Positions 52,283 to 64,000 of a stretch of 64,000 nt of DNA are shown piece by piece. Each line of letters begins with the position of its first letter. Positions within the stretch are counted from its first letter, which is position 1. The notes under the pieces are model-generated. The model ran no database searches, was not told where the DNA came from, and worked only from the letters and a program-made list of their open reading frames with translations. A program made the translations under genes and the position numbers. The DNA is from Octopus vulgaris (Eukaryota), in NCBI GenBank assembly GCA_951406725.2, contig OX597831.1, positions 59,520,001-59,584,000 of the forward strand, read 5' to 3'.

Positions 52283-54229
52283 AGTGTGCGGATGTTTGTG
52301 AATGTTCGTATGCGTGTGTGTTTATGTGTGTGTGTGTGTGTATTTTAAGCTATGCATACGACCCAATATCTGAATATTTATCAATATTCTTGGTACATAA
52401 GTATTAAATGACATGATATAATAAGGTATAAGTACAGGTATATGTACACTTACATGTAAATCTTAGAAACGAATAGATTGGTAAGGATATTTGAAAATGA
52501 TATTCAATATATATGTATAATGTTAAATATATAGAGACTAATAAATATACATATAGTCCCGATTACGCTGGAATTTAATTGAAAGAATGTAGAGGTGAGG
52601 AATCATGTGACAAATAATAATGAAAACTGATATGTGGTCAAAATTACATGTATATTTAAAAATGTGTAACTCTATGCACTCATGAAAGCACATATTCGCA
52701 TATATATTGTAACAGTCATACAGTAGAAAGAAACATAAAAATATAAGTAGAAAGATTTATCATATAACAAGACACAAAGGTGAATTAGAAAGCAGAGGAA
52801 ATAACTTGGCGGTAGAGAGTGAAACGTACGGAGAGAGTATTAATCAGTACCAGATCCCCATATCACTACGTGGTAGTAGCGTGTAAGTGTGAAGTATTAT
52901 CTATAGTTGGGTACACCAGTTATTACATTAGCTGGAAAAATCCACAACAGACTACCAGGTAATATTATAATGATGGTTAAATAGATAAAGTAGTGATCTA
53001 GTGGTGACGCAAAGGGAAGTTCATTGCGTAATTTTCAGGACCTGTAAATAAGTGTATGTGTGTCTCCTTTTAATTCGTTTGGTGTAAATGCCTCAAAACA
53101 TGCTCTTAAAAGCTCCTATGCTTCTTGTTGTCGCTTATGCATGTACATGCATAAGAACGATAAAACGACAATTTTGTTAATTTTGTCTGTTGCATATTTC
53201 TTTCAGAATATAAATTAACATTCACGGCTATTGCAAAATTCGGCGAAGGGTTGATATCGAAGTGCATGTTCTGCAAACTTGTGCGGGTAATGGCGCAATA
53301 TTTTGCAAAATATATGAATAAAACTATTCCCAAATCGCATTTCGCTTGATTCATAAAATTCAAATTTTACCTTTAGAACGATTGTTGGCATGCGTATATA
53401 CATACAGAAACACACAACTATAGATATAGTCCAGAAGTTGTGAAACATTATAGAGAAATGCATGTTAATTAATCAAATATGAAGAGGGTCCGCGTCCCAC
53501 CAATTAGTTTCCTGTTAGAGTGTCACTTTTACTTTCAAATTTTAGAAGTTTCTTCATGCATATGTTCATATAGTATCGTTAACAAAGTGCAAGCCAGGTT
53601 CGTAGTTGACAGCTGTAAGGAAATGGTTCAATAACCACTTGAATAATCCTGAGATAGACATCAGTAGGTCAGAGCTTATGAAAGCTATTTTTACCCCTCA
53701 GCATCTACATTTAACACAGTTGTAATTGACAATGCTTACTCATAGTAGTATTTTAACTAATGAGAAATATCGTTAGAAAATTCAGCTATAAACAGATTTT
53801 GTGAAACATTAGGTCCAACTTGTATATTTTTAAATGTAATTTTAGTTAATATTATTTCACTCTTACTACGGAGTATATTTTAATAAAAAATCAATATTAT
53901 TCAAGGCTCTTCAATGATCCGTTGACGCTTAGATCATCTTTTTCTACAGACCATTCAAATTGGGCAAAACTTAGACTACATCGTATCGATGTGGTGTCGC
54001 CTGACGTTGAGCTCTGTTTTACTTACCTCACTATACACAAGTACATACACTTGCGAACACACATACGCACACATATATTCTTATATATAGTAGTGCATCT
54101 ACATATAATGATAATGACATACATACACACAAACTAACAGCGACGCACAAAAGCACTCATAAATATATATATAGACTGAAGTTCCTTTCAGAAGCATCAA
54201 GAAAAATTTAAGAATACGTATGTATTCTT

Positions 54230-54262
<33 letters not shown>

Positions 54263-54376
54263 CTTCTTCTTCTTCTTCTTCTACTACTACTACTACTACT
54301 ATTACTACTACTACTACTACTATTACTACTACTACTACTACTAATACTACTGTTACTACTCCTCTCACTCCTCCCT

Positions 54377-54720
54377 CTTCTTCTTCGGTCCGTTGGTGTA
54401 TTTGAGCGGCACATCAGGCAATCAGTGATTGCGAATTATCTCCACAATTGTCCAGCCGTTATGCTTCGTCTCAAGTGTTGCAGTCAGGATTTGGCTCTAC
54501 ATCGTGTTCCGGGACAACCTCTCGGATTTCCCCTGGATCCGTCATCAAATCGTGGAGCTAACCTTCTTCATATTCCCCCTATAGGACAATTTAAGTCAGT
54601 TCTCACATCTTCATTTTTGCCACGTAATATAGTGTGTGTCATCATTTTTAGAAACACGCCTTAGACACTTTCAATCACAGGAAGAGCATTTAATTTAACT
54701 CTGCCAACCATTTCCGTTTT
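54377..54720 (-). mobile_element. Probable degenerate RTE-like LINE 3' end
   Basis: Minus translation DGSRGNPRGCPGTRC...QLWR resembles the G.R.RGRP..RW...WR ending. Abuts GAA/TAG triplet repeats. Confidence 0.4.
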
Positions 54721-56060
54721 TGGCAATGGCTACTATCTAATAGCGGTTAAAGAATGTCATTAACCGCATCTTTCTCCGTCGAGACATGCATACACACACA
54801 CGCACACAGACACATAAACACACATGCGCACACATACACCACACATATGCACACACAGTCGCACCTATGTTTTACACACACATAGATACGTACATCTTTA
54901 TATGGTCCTGTGTGTTTGCATGCATATATTGATGGATGCGCTGCTGTATACATAACGTTATTCATATCCATATGTCATGCATATAAATTGAGATAAATTT
55001 ATTGCTTACTAATATGTATTTTTACACAGATATGTTCTGCCATATGTATATCTAATCTGCATGGAACTAGAAATGTTGGTTTGTTTTGATAGTAAGACAG
55101 ATGCGAGTCTGTACAGATAAGTTCGATTCTCATAAACAAACAAAAAATTGTAATAAGACGCTTCAAGTCAATGTCAGTCACATTGGAAGCCTTTAGCAAC
55201 ATATATGTGATGGCTTATGATGTCTGAAATAAAGAGAATGATGTTAATATTATGCAATTATTATTTGACATAATCAAAATGTAAAAATACAAGATTAATG
55301 TGAAGTAAGTATTGAGAATATAAAGGAATATTTTAAAGTAATAAGTATTTCCAATAAAGAAAATGCTGAAGAAAATAGCATGAAATGTGCAGTAATCTGT
55401 AACATATTTACAATGTATACAGAATTATCTTACAAGCATTATGTTATCTATTATGAGAGGTCGTCGATTACAAATTTGGAACGTTTCACTATTTGTCTTA
55501 CAGTTTATATTAATGCCTTTACTAGTCATTCTTACAACATTTCACTAACACCTTAAAGAAGATATCCTCTACTTTTGAATTTTTGTTTGTTTTGCAGTTG
55601 TTTTGTGATAACACCAATTGTTATATTTGTTTAATGATTAACCTCTATAGTGTTAAATTCTTCAAGAAAGAAATATCTCATTAAGGAACTGACATTCAAT
55701 TAAAACAGAATAAATGAAATAAGGATTGGGAAGATATTTCTATCATATATTGCTGCATATACAATCATGTACTTGTCAAAGAGGTTAATTACAATCTTTT
55801 TTCTCCTGTTTTTCTTCCACATAAAATTGACGTATGTCTTTGCAAGTTTTATTGAGAAACACATATATATTTACACATAGACGTAGCTTTCATGAAATCA
55901 TTTTCGTATAAATTGTATTTATTGTACGTTTTCATTTAAAATAATCTAAACTGCATCTTATTATGACAGAATAATTAGTCACTTATTTCTGCCTTTCATA
56001 CACACCAAAACACAAACACATGCATAAATATATATGCACAAGCAGACACTTACACACACG

Positions 56061-56091
<31 letters not shown>

Positions 56092-56135
56092 AACATACAA
56101 ACATATATATATATATACATATATATATGCATATA

Positions 56136-56187
<52 letters not shown>

Positions 56188-56197
56188 TATATACATA

Positions 56198-56262
<65 letters not shown>

Positions 56263-56891
56263 GTATATATTTATAATGAGAGTGAGAACGAGAGAAAGAC
56301 GAAATGAGACAAACAGAGATAGAGTCAGATGTATATGAGTGTCTTTGTCTGTATATCTGTCCTTCTATGTGTGCGGGGCATGCGAATATGAGTCCGTTCA
56401 AATCACCATATTACTCTATATTTTATGAAAGCCATTTATCATTAATTTTATGTTTCTTAAATTTAAATTATGTTTCTCCATTTAGAGTTCTATAGTAATT
56501 ATTCTTCTTTTTTTTGTTTTAAGAATCAATATTTTTAGAAAGAGTAAATATCTTAGGAAGTTTTCCATTATAAATCATTAGATAGATTTTCAATTGGTTT
56601 ATATCATAGAGAGAAAGCTGAAGATTCGAAAACCCACGGTTCATATCATTGCCTGTACATTGTACACATGGTCAAGATATGTATCAGATACCAGCTTAGC
56701 ATAAATGACTACATAGATTTCATTTTTAGATCTTTTTGTAGGAAATAACACTTGACTCTTAAACTGAGCTACTGTGGTTGAGATATCTACATGGTCCACT
56801 TTACTGAATAACTTGATAGTGAACATAATTAGATACAAGGGGGAGGTGTATCCTCATTATAAACTATCATTGGAGTTATTTTTAAAGACAA

Positions 56892-57259
56892 CTAGCTGTT
56901 ATACCCGGTGTTACTTGTGTTTTCTGTGTTGAAGTTAGGCCCACCTCTGACCTTGTATTGAATAAGCATTTCGTAGAGAATATTCTTTCATTCTTGTTGA
57001 AATTTTACACGTGAAAGAAATACAAAAGCTGCAGTAAAATAACATCGTTATGGGAATTTCCATTCAAACGCCCAATTGAGCTCACAGAAATCGATGCCAA
57101 CTGAGCATCATGGAGTTATTGTAAAATTCCAGCCTTATTTGTGATCTACATATGTGCCAAAAATCATTAAAATCCGTTAGACGGTGTGGGAGGATTTAGA
57201 GTAACTCCAAATACACAAGGATAGATACCATTACACATTTATATATATATATATATAGA
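56892..57259 (-). mobile_element. Non-autonomous Helitron (~370 bp)
   Basis: Minus strand starts TCTATATATA...TAAAATGTG and ends ...CACCGGGTATAACAGCTAG. Inserted between A and T. The terminal layout parallels 44971-45000. Confidence 0.7.
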
Positions 57260-57560
57260 TTATAATGCAGCTCGTAGAATGTCGGCAGAGATAGTTAACT
57301 ACAAATGTTCATGTGTGAGTACAAAATTATTTTTTTAATAAATAATTCTTAAATATTTATGTATTATCTTATTGAAAGCCTCTGTCACTCACAGTTCTTT
57401 ATTATTAATATTAAAATATATAGGGCTCTTTCTTGTGCACTTTTGTTGATTGTACATAATTTCGCTGTCTGATGATATTACTATTAATTCTTTCATTATT
57501 TCATCATATTACATGGAAAGAATATTTTACATTATTGTATTTCACTATCACACACACGCA

Positions 57561-57595
<35 letters not shown>

Positions 57596-60279
57596 GCGCG
57601 CACAGATTCATGTGCGTAGTGAACATTGGATAATCCAGGTTGCCCTTGGACAATGAAAATATATTTTATATTCTTTAGAAAGAAAGTCATACATGGACAT
57701 TTTTTAAAGCATGGTCGTAAGGTTTCGATGACTCCATATTCAATTTTATTTTAGCAAAATTCATGCTTATCTTAACTGAATAACCTTGCCACAAAACAAA
57801 ATGAGCCTTCTGTGTACTGGATGGTTGATTATAGCTTAAATCAGTTTATTTTAATACCATGCCAAGTTCGTAAAGAGGTAATTTCACTTAGTGCTTGTAT
57901 GCCCAAATATTGCCAAATATTTTTCCTTTCTACAACAAACTAACATTTCTGCAATTATTGTGTTACATATATTTGTATAGGTAGTTGTAATCATTCCGGA
58001 GACAAATTTCCTAGCGATACATATTGAACGACAACAGAAATATATCAGAAATACAGAAAACAGTTCTTGATATCTCATATCAAGAAATTATGTCATATAT
58101 ATGTTTCACAGAAACTCCAATATATTTCACTTTCCACGCGTTCAATTATTTACAACTTAATACCAAATAACATTAACATTCGATAGCTACATCTACGTAT
58201 TCTGGCACTTTTGCTTTTAAATAATAATCGTTAAAATATTCATTTGTTTAAATCGTAGAATATCGATAAAATAATCTAATCTCAATTAGATAAATATCCA
58301 ACTTAATAAATGTTCTACGAGTGCCCCCCCTTATAACTATATATTATATTTGTAATCTGTAATTTCCTTGGGGATATCTATATATTAGTCATTTGAATTT
58401 AAGTCCATCTTCTTATGGAAGGAAAAGTTCCGGTCTAATAACAAGTATGCATGAAAATGACAACAAATTCTTGTGAAGGAAAACATTAATTTATTCGACT
58501 CGGTAATACTAGAGAACAACTGGAATTTGATCATATCTATTGAAATATTTTTAAGAGGCATCATACAGGTGTTCATATGCGAACCCGTGTGACTCTCGAC
58601 ATATACATACCCGTATCCATATATCTATACTATAAAGGAGAAGGCGGCATATTAATTAGGCATGTAGCAATTATTAAAAGTAATAAAAGAAAGCAATTAT
58701 TAAAGGGTCGACCTCTGGAAATATTTTTATAAATTCATGTTCAAACAAATTTCCTGTAGATTTCAATTTTTCAAGTGTATTGAAGGTTTTTATCCCAATT
58801 TCTTGCAAATTTAAATATTCAGTGCATTCACTGCTTCCAAATCTTCACAAATTTAAATATTCATTTACATTCACTCCGGTGTATTTCATATTCATTTTAA
58901 AATCTCTCGCATTTTCTTTCAATGTTTTCATTTCAAGCTTTAATTCACTGTTTGGAAAATCGACACTTTATTTTATTACTGTATACGAAATTTAAAAACA
59001 TTTATTGAATGAAATTTTTTATTGAAATACCCATATACTGTTCGTAAAAAAGAAAGTGATTTTATTGTTATGGCTGTTTGCAACGCTATAAGCCTTACAA
59101 TAATAACTATTCAGACTGATTTTAGCCATTTTCTTTTTTAACTTAAAACCATGCGAGGAGCATGTTTGGTAAAACGAAAACAAACAGATGGTAAATATTT
59201 TTAAAGAAAAATGTGATCAATTCAAAGGAGGTTTCGCTATTGTTTCTAGCACAACACAAACCACCCTCCATTTTTACTTACACATTTTATTGATGTTTCT
59301 TTCAATATTTTCTAGCATTAATCACATTTTAGGGAATAACGATGCCGAAGTAAAACACGTGTGGACTATAGGGAACATAATAAATTGTAATCGTAATTTT
59401 TACCCCTACCTCAATCAATCGAAGCCGTGTGCGTGTGGAAGAAAAAATTTCTGTCTGAAAAGTATGCTATTAAAATGAATTATCGTTTACGTAGCATTTT
59501 TAGAATCACTATGGATAAGTGCCAGCAATGACCTTCTCAAGCTTTCCAATATTTTGATTTCTAAACAGAAACAATCAGGGGCAGCGAGTGGGGTTGCAAA
59601 AATTCGTAATTTCTCAAATTTTCTTTTTATAGCATATAAATGTATTTATGGGGAAATTATTGGAAACCGCAATATATGCGAGAGTGATGAAGAAACGGGG
59701 GAGGTTGTCTTCATATGTGATAGAAATGACAGCCAAATTGCCCTTAAAACACACACTTTTCCTCTGAAAATATTAGCAATGGTTTTGAAGTGGTAAAAAT
59801 TGGCCCAAATAGGTTCGGTGTGGAATGAACAGGGTGGGAGGGTGGAAAATATAAAGGTTTTTGAAAACATCTTTTCAAACAAAGATGCCTCCCACCTCAA
59901 ACCCATCTTTTCGAAGGCTGAGGTTTAAGACAAAATAGGGAATATTCCCGAAACGTATTTCCCCACAAACTTCGTTATAGTCGTAATCTATGCCGTTTGG
60001 AAGTGATTTCATTAAAAGATACTCATTTTCCTGAAAGTTATCAGATTGTATGAATTATCCGAAACTTCTCTATCCAGCCCATCGGGAAAATTATTTCCCA
60101 TAAAGCTCTATATATTCTGAGCCCACACCATCTAAGCGGTATTTTTTTAGGAAATTTTGTTAAAATGTATCCATCCTTCTGGATGTTATGAAACAACAAA
60201 TTTGGGGACGTATACATCTCTAGCAATGCCCTTTTATTTCTCCGATTTTTCATTTGATGTTTATTTCATTCATTGACCT

Positions 60280-60790
60280 ATGGGCAATCTCCAGAGATCC
60301 CTGGATTGGCAGTGCTATCGGGAAGCATTGCCCGTTTAGGATACTATCTGCAGGCACTGTTTGAGTTACACCGGACCGACTTGCGCGAGATGCAGTCAGA
60401 GCGACGAAAACTTTTTCAACCATTTCCGACCTGTGGATTTATGTCGAACGGCTGCTCACCCATGTAGGACGAATTCTATTATCGGCCGAGTCAATCGTGA
60501 ATGTTGCCCCACCACATTTCTTTAACAGGGAAAGTAAGGCAGTTTTCATTGTACCGGTGGCGATGGTGAAAGAGAGTGTATGATGGACCTGTGCGAAAGG
60601 TTTTGAGACAAACACTTTCCTCTCCAGCCAGTCGCTCATCAAGTTTTGCAAGTACTACTTGAAAAGGAAGGTGAGAATGGAGAGGGAAGTTTTGTCTCAT
60701 AAAAGTTTCAATAAAAGGTAGCAAAGATGATACGCGTAAATGACGGAAGCACTTGAAGCATGATCCTATTTCCAAGAGGGAGGAGAGAGA
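60280..60790 (+). mobile_element. L1/Tx1-like LINE ORF2 C-terminus (Zn-knuckle region), degenerate
   Basis: CARCSQSDE...ISDLWIYVERLL...LSAESIV...KESV*WT...LKRKVRMEREVL...FNKR, followed by a T-rich 3' UTR. Confidence 0.65.
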
Positions 60791-61022
60791 TAGCGCTTTG
60801 CTCTGATGTGTTACTGCCCCTACCTGAGGTTATTATGATCTTTTCCGTAGGCTTTTCTTTCCACGGATAAACCTCTTTTATATTTTTACGCCGTTTTTTT
60901 TTTTTTTTTTTTTTTGCTTTTACACGTCACAAACGCTTTCGATCCATTTTGATTGTCTTCTTTTTTCGAAAAGAAATGTTCTATTTAGAATTGACCCTTC
61001 TGATATCTATCTATCTATCCGA

Positions 61023-61460
<438 letters not shown>

Positions 61461-64000
61461 CTTATGTCAACACCATGACGAACAAAAACTTTTAGATGAC
61501 TGCCCACACGGAGTCCATAGTGATAATTTTATATATATATATATATGTATATATAAGTATATATTCTTTTACTCTTATAATCTTTTACTCTCTTCAGCCA
61601 TGCGGCAACCGTGGTCATACTGGAGCACCACCATTGTTTTTGTGACTTCCTGAGCCTGGGTGTTTCACATCACCACTCCTGTATATACCTTTATCCCAGC
61701 TGGGTTTTTTTTTCAGATTTCCCTGCTTGTGATTCTGATAAGTTTTGGAATGGGCAAAGCTTCAGAACTCTCCTTTTTCCCCATGCTTGCAGGTGCTATT
61801 TAATTAAAATTTTCAGAAAACCTGGACTCTGTCAGTTCCTATCCTTATTGTTCTACGTTATCCGTTTTGGCGTTTTTTTTTGTCTTTTTCTTGTCCTTCC
61901 TGTTACCGTTAGTCGTCAAGGCATCAGTTTTCACGTAACTTAACTTACACGCACATGCATATACATAGATGCATATATAGATAGATAATAATATGTACAG
62001 GTACATACATAGACATACAAACACAAACGCACACATAAATGAATATATTCCTGCCAGGCATATTTGAACGACCCGTTACATATTTTAAGCAGTTACGTTT
62101 GGTACACTTAATTACCATCGAAAAAAATATTGCATTGTTCTCCTATAACTGGTAGATTAAACTATAAATTTTGGTCTGGTTTTCGATATTTTTACGTCAT
62201 TTATATCATTATTTTGCGCAATAATATGAAATTATGCTTAATGAGAAATTATTAGGTTGTTCTGTTTTTCATCCTGATGCATGACACACGTAAAGTAGTA
62301 TTTTTGTATGATGTAATCGACGGGTTTTTTACTTGGAAAAGAGAAGAAATTCGCGTGGAAGCACGTTATCAGGTTTTAACCGTACACCAACTATTTACTC
62401 ATACGACACGTTTAGTATTGACATTTCTAGAAAATACAATTTTTTGTAAATGTGTCTGACGAATGCTCATTTATCTCCATGATCAAAAACTGAATTCATC
62501 AAACAACAAGAGTATAGTCATTAAACCAACAAGATCCATTTGTTTACTCGTATTTTGGCTATCTGTAGGTGCAGCAAAAGGTGTCCAGTAATGGTGACCC
62601 AAGTAATGTATTCCAGACACAGCTCTGTTATCTAACAGGACTAATAAATAACTGAAATTCATATTCTGTCCGCATCTATTGTTTTTCTCTATACACATTT
62701 ACAAGCACAACAGAGGTGAGCGGTTACTTCGGTAAAAATTCTGTGGTTAAAATTATATCTTTTAAAATTATGTACATAAATTTATTCTAGTATTAGATTG
62801 TTAATATATATTTTCACTGCAAAATACATTCATTTAAACATGTGTTTATCATTAAGAAAGGGACGATTTGTCCAAAGATTCTCACTGACAGCTTCTAAAT
62901 CTATTGTGATTTTCCATAGATTCACATAGAGTGTATTATTCCTGTATGCATTTACATTACATACGTATATTTGTATGTATATGCATATATGTGTGCATGC
63001 ATATTGATGAGCCAAACAAAGCCACGAACATGATTTAGCATAGCCTCAGGTTTCAATGAAGACATAATAGGTATTTTATCTCAGATATATATTCTTTCGC
63101 TATTCCAAACCAGTGGAGAGAATGTAAATTTGTCTTTCTAAGAAAGAAAACCTCTTAAAGCTTACAAGATATAGACTGCACAATGCAGTAAAACCTTACC
63201 ATGCTACGAGGAAAATTTTACGTTGAAGTTTGACAATAATAAAGGGGTACTAAAATTCCGACGAGAAAGAATAATAGGATTTTGGCGAAAAGAGGAACTA
63301 ATTAGAGAATGTGTACACCATGTCTAACAAAAAAACTGATGAACAGCTAAATAAGCCCGGTACATTAAGATCTGGTTGAACACTGGTGTTCTGTGTCTAG
63401 GTGGTGAGTAGCTATACATGGAATTTTATGCATGATTACATTTAACACCCATAACCAAGAACCGATCTTGACAAATGATGATTACTGAAGGAGACCTATG
63501 CAAAAGGAAATTTTTGTGTATGTTAAACATAGAGCTATAGAGTAAATAGATAAGTCTGAATACTGAAAGGTGTTTAGATTCATATTTGTTATAGATACAA
63601 CAGTTCATGTGAATAAGCACCGAAGTGTATTATTCCATTTCATATTGTTTGTATTAATGTTCTGTAAAAATAAAACATTCAGTATAACATTGCTATTGTT
63701 GCATAGTGATGAGAAAATTACGATTCTACAACAATAATATATTGCTTTAATTGGCGCAAAGAAATAACTACATGCCTATTGTATACGAATAACATTAACA
63801 ATACATTTTCCTCGAGTAACAACGAAGCAGATACCGTATTATTTTGTTGTTAGATAATAAATGCTCAATAATAAAACAGAAAATTCCTTTCTCTATTGCA
63901 TGTGTTCTAAGTTACTACTTGGTATATCGTTTGACGTATTTGCTCAAAAGTTCTCTACATATCAAATATTAGCTTAACTATGTCAATAAAGAGAAAAACC

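Noticed and set aside
58624-58700. Helitron-like 5' start TCTATACTATAAAG
   Set aside because: No matching hairpin plus CTAG 3' end was found downstream.

Overview
AT-rich, microsatellite-dense animal genomic DNA with one 100-N gap. The repeat landscape strongly resembles Octopus (cephalopod); this is recognition, not a database result. No host gene can be identified with confidence, only two weak exon candidates. The window is mostly transposon relics: several tRNA-derived SINE families, R4/Dong-like, Tx1-like, RTE and CR1-like LINE fragments, a decayed autonomous Helitron and a small non-autonomous one. The one long ORF (42623-44446, minus) belongs to a Penelope-like retroelement with Naiad-type RT and GIY-YIG signatures, bracketed by a ~520-bp inverted pseudo-LTR. 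The most striking signal is a set of minimal type I hammerhead ribozymes from four different terminal-repeat families, read by eye. Their cores are canonical CUGAUGA, a compensatory G3-C8 swap (GUGAACA) inside a perfect 100-bp foldback, CUGUUGA and CUGGUGA. All have short, self-complementary stem III regions, and three families end in ...TCC(C)G next to TA-rich sequence.
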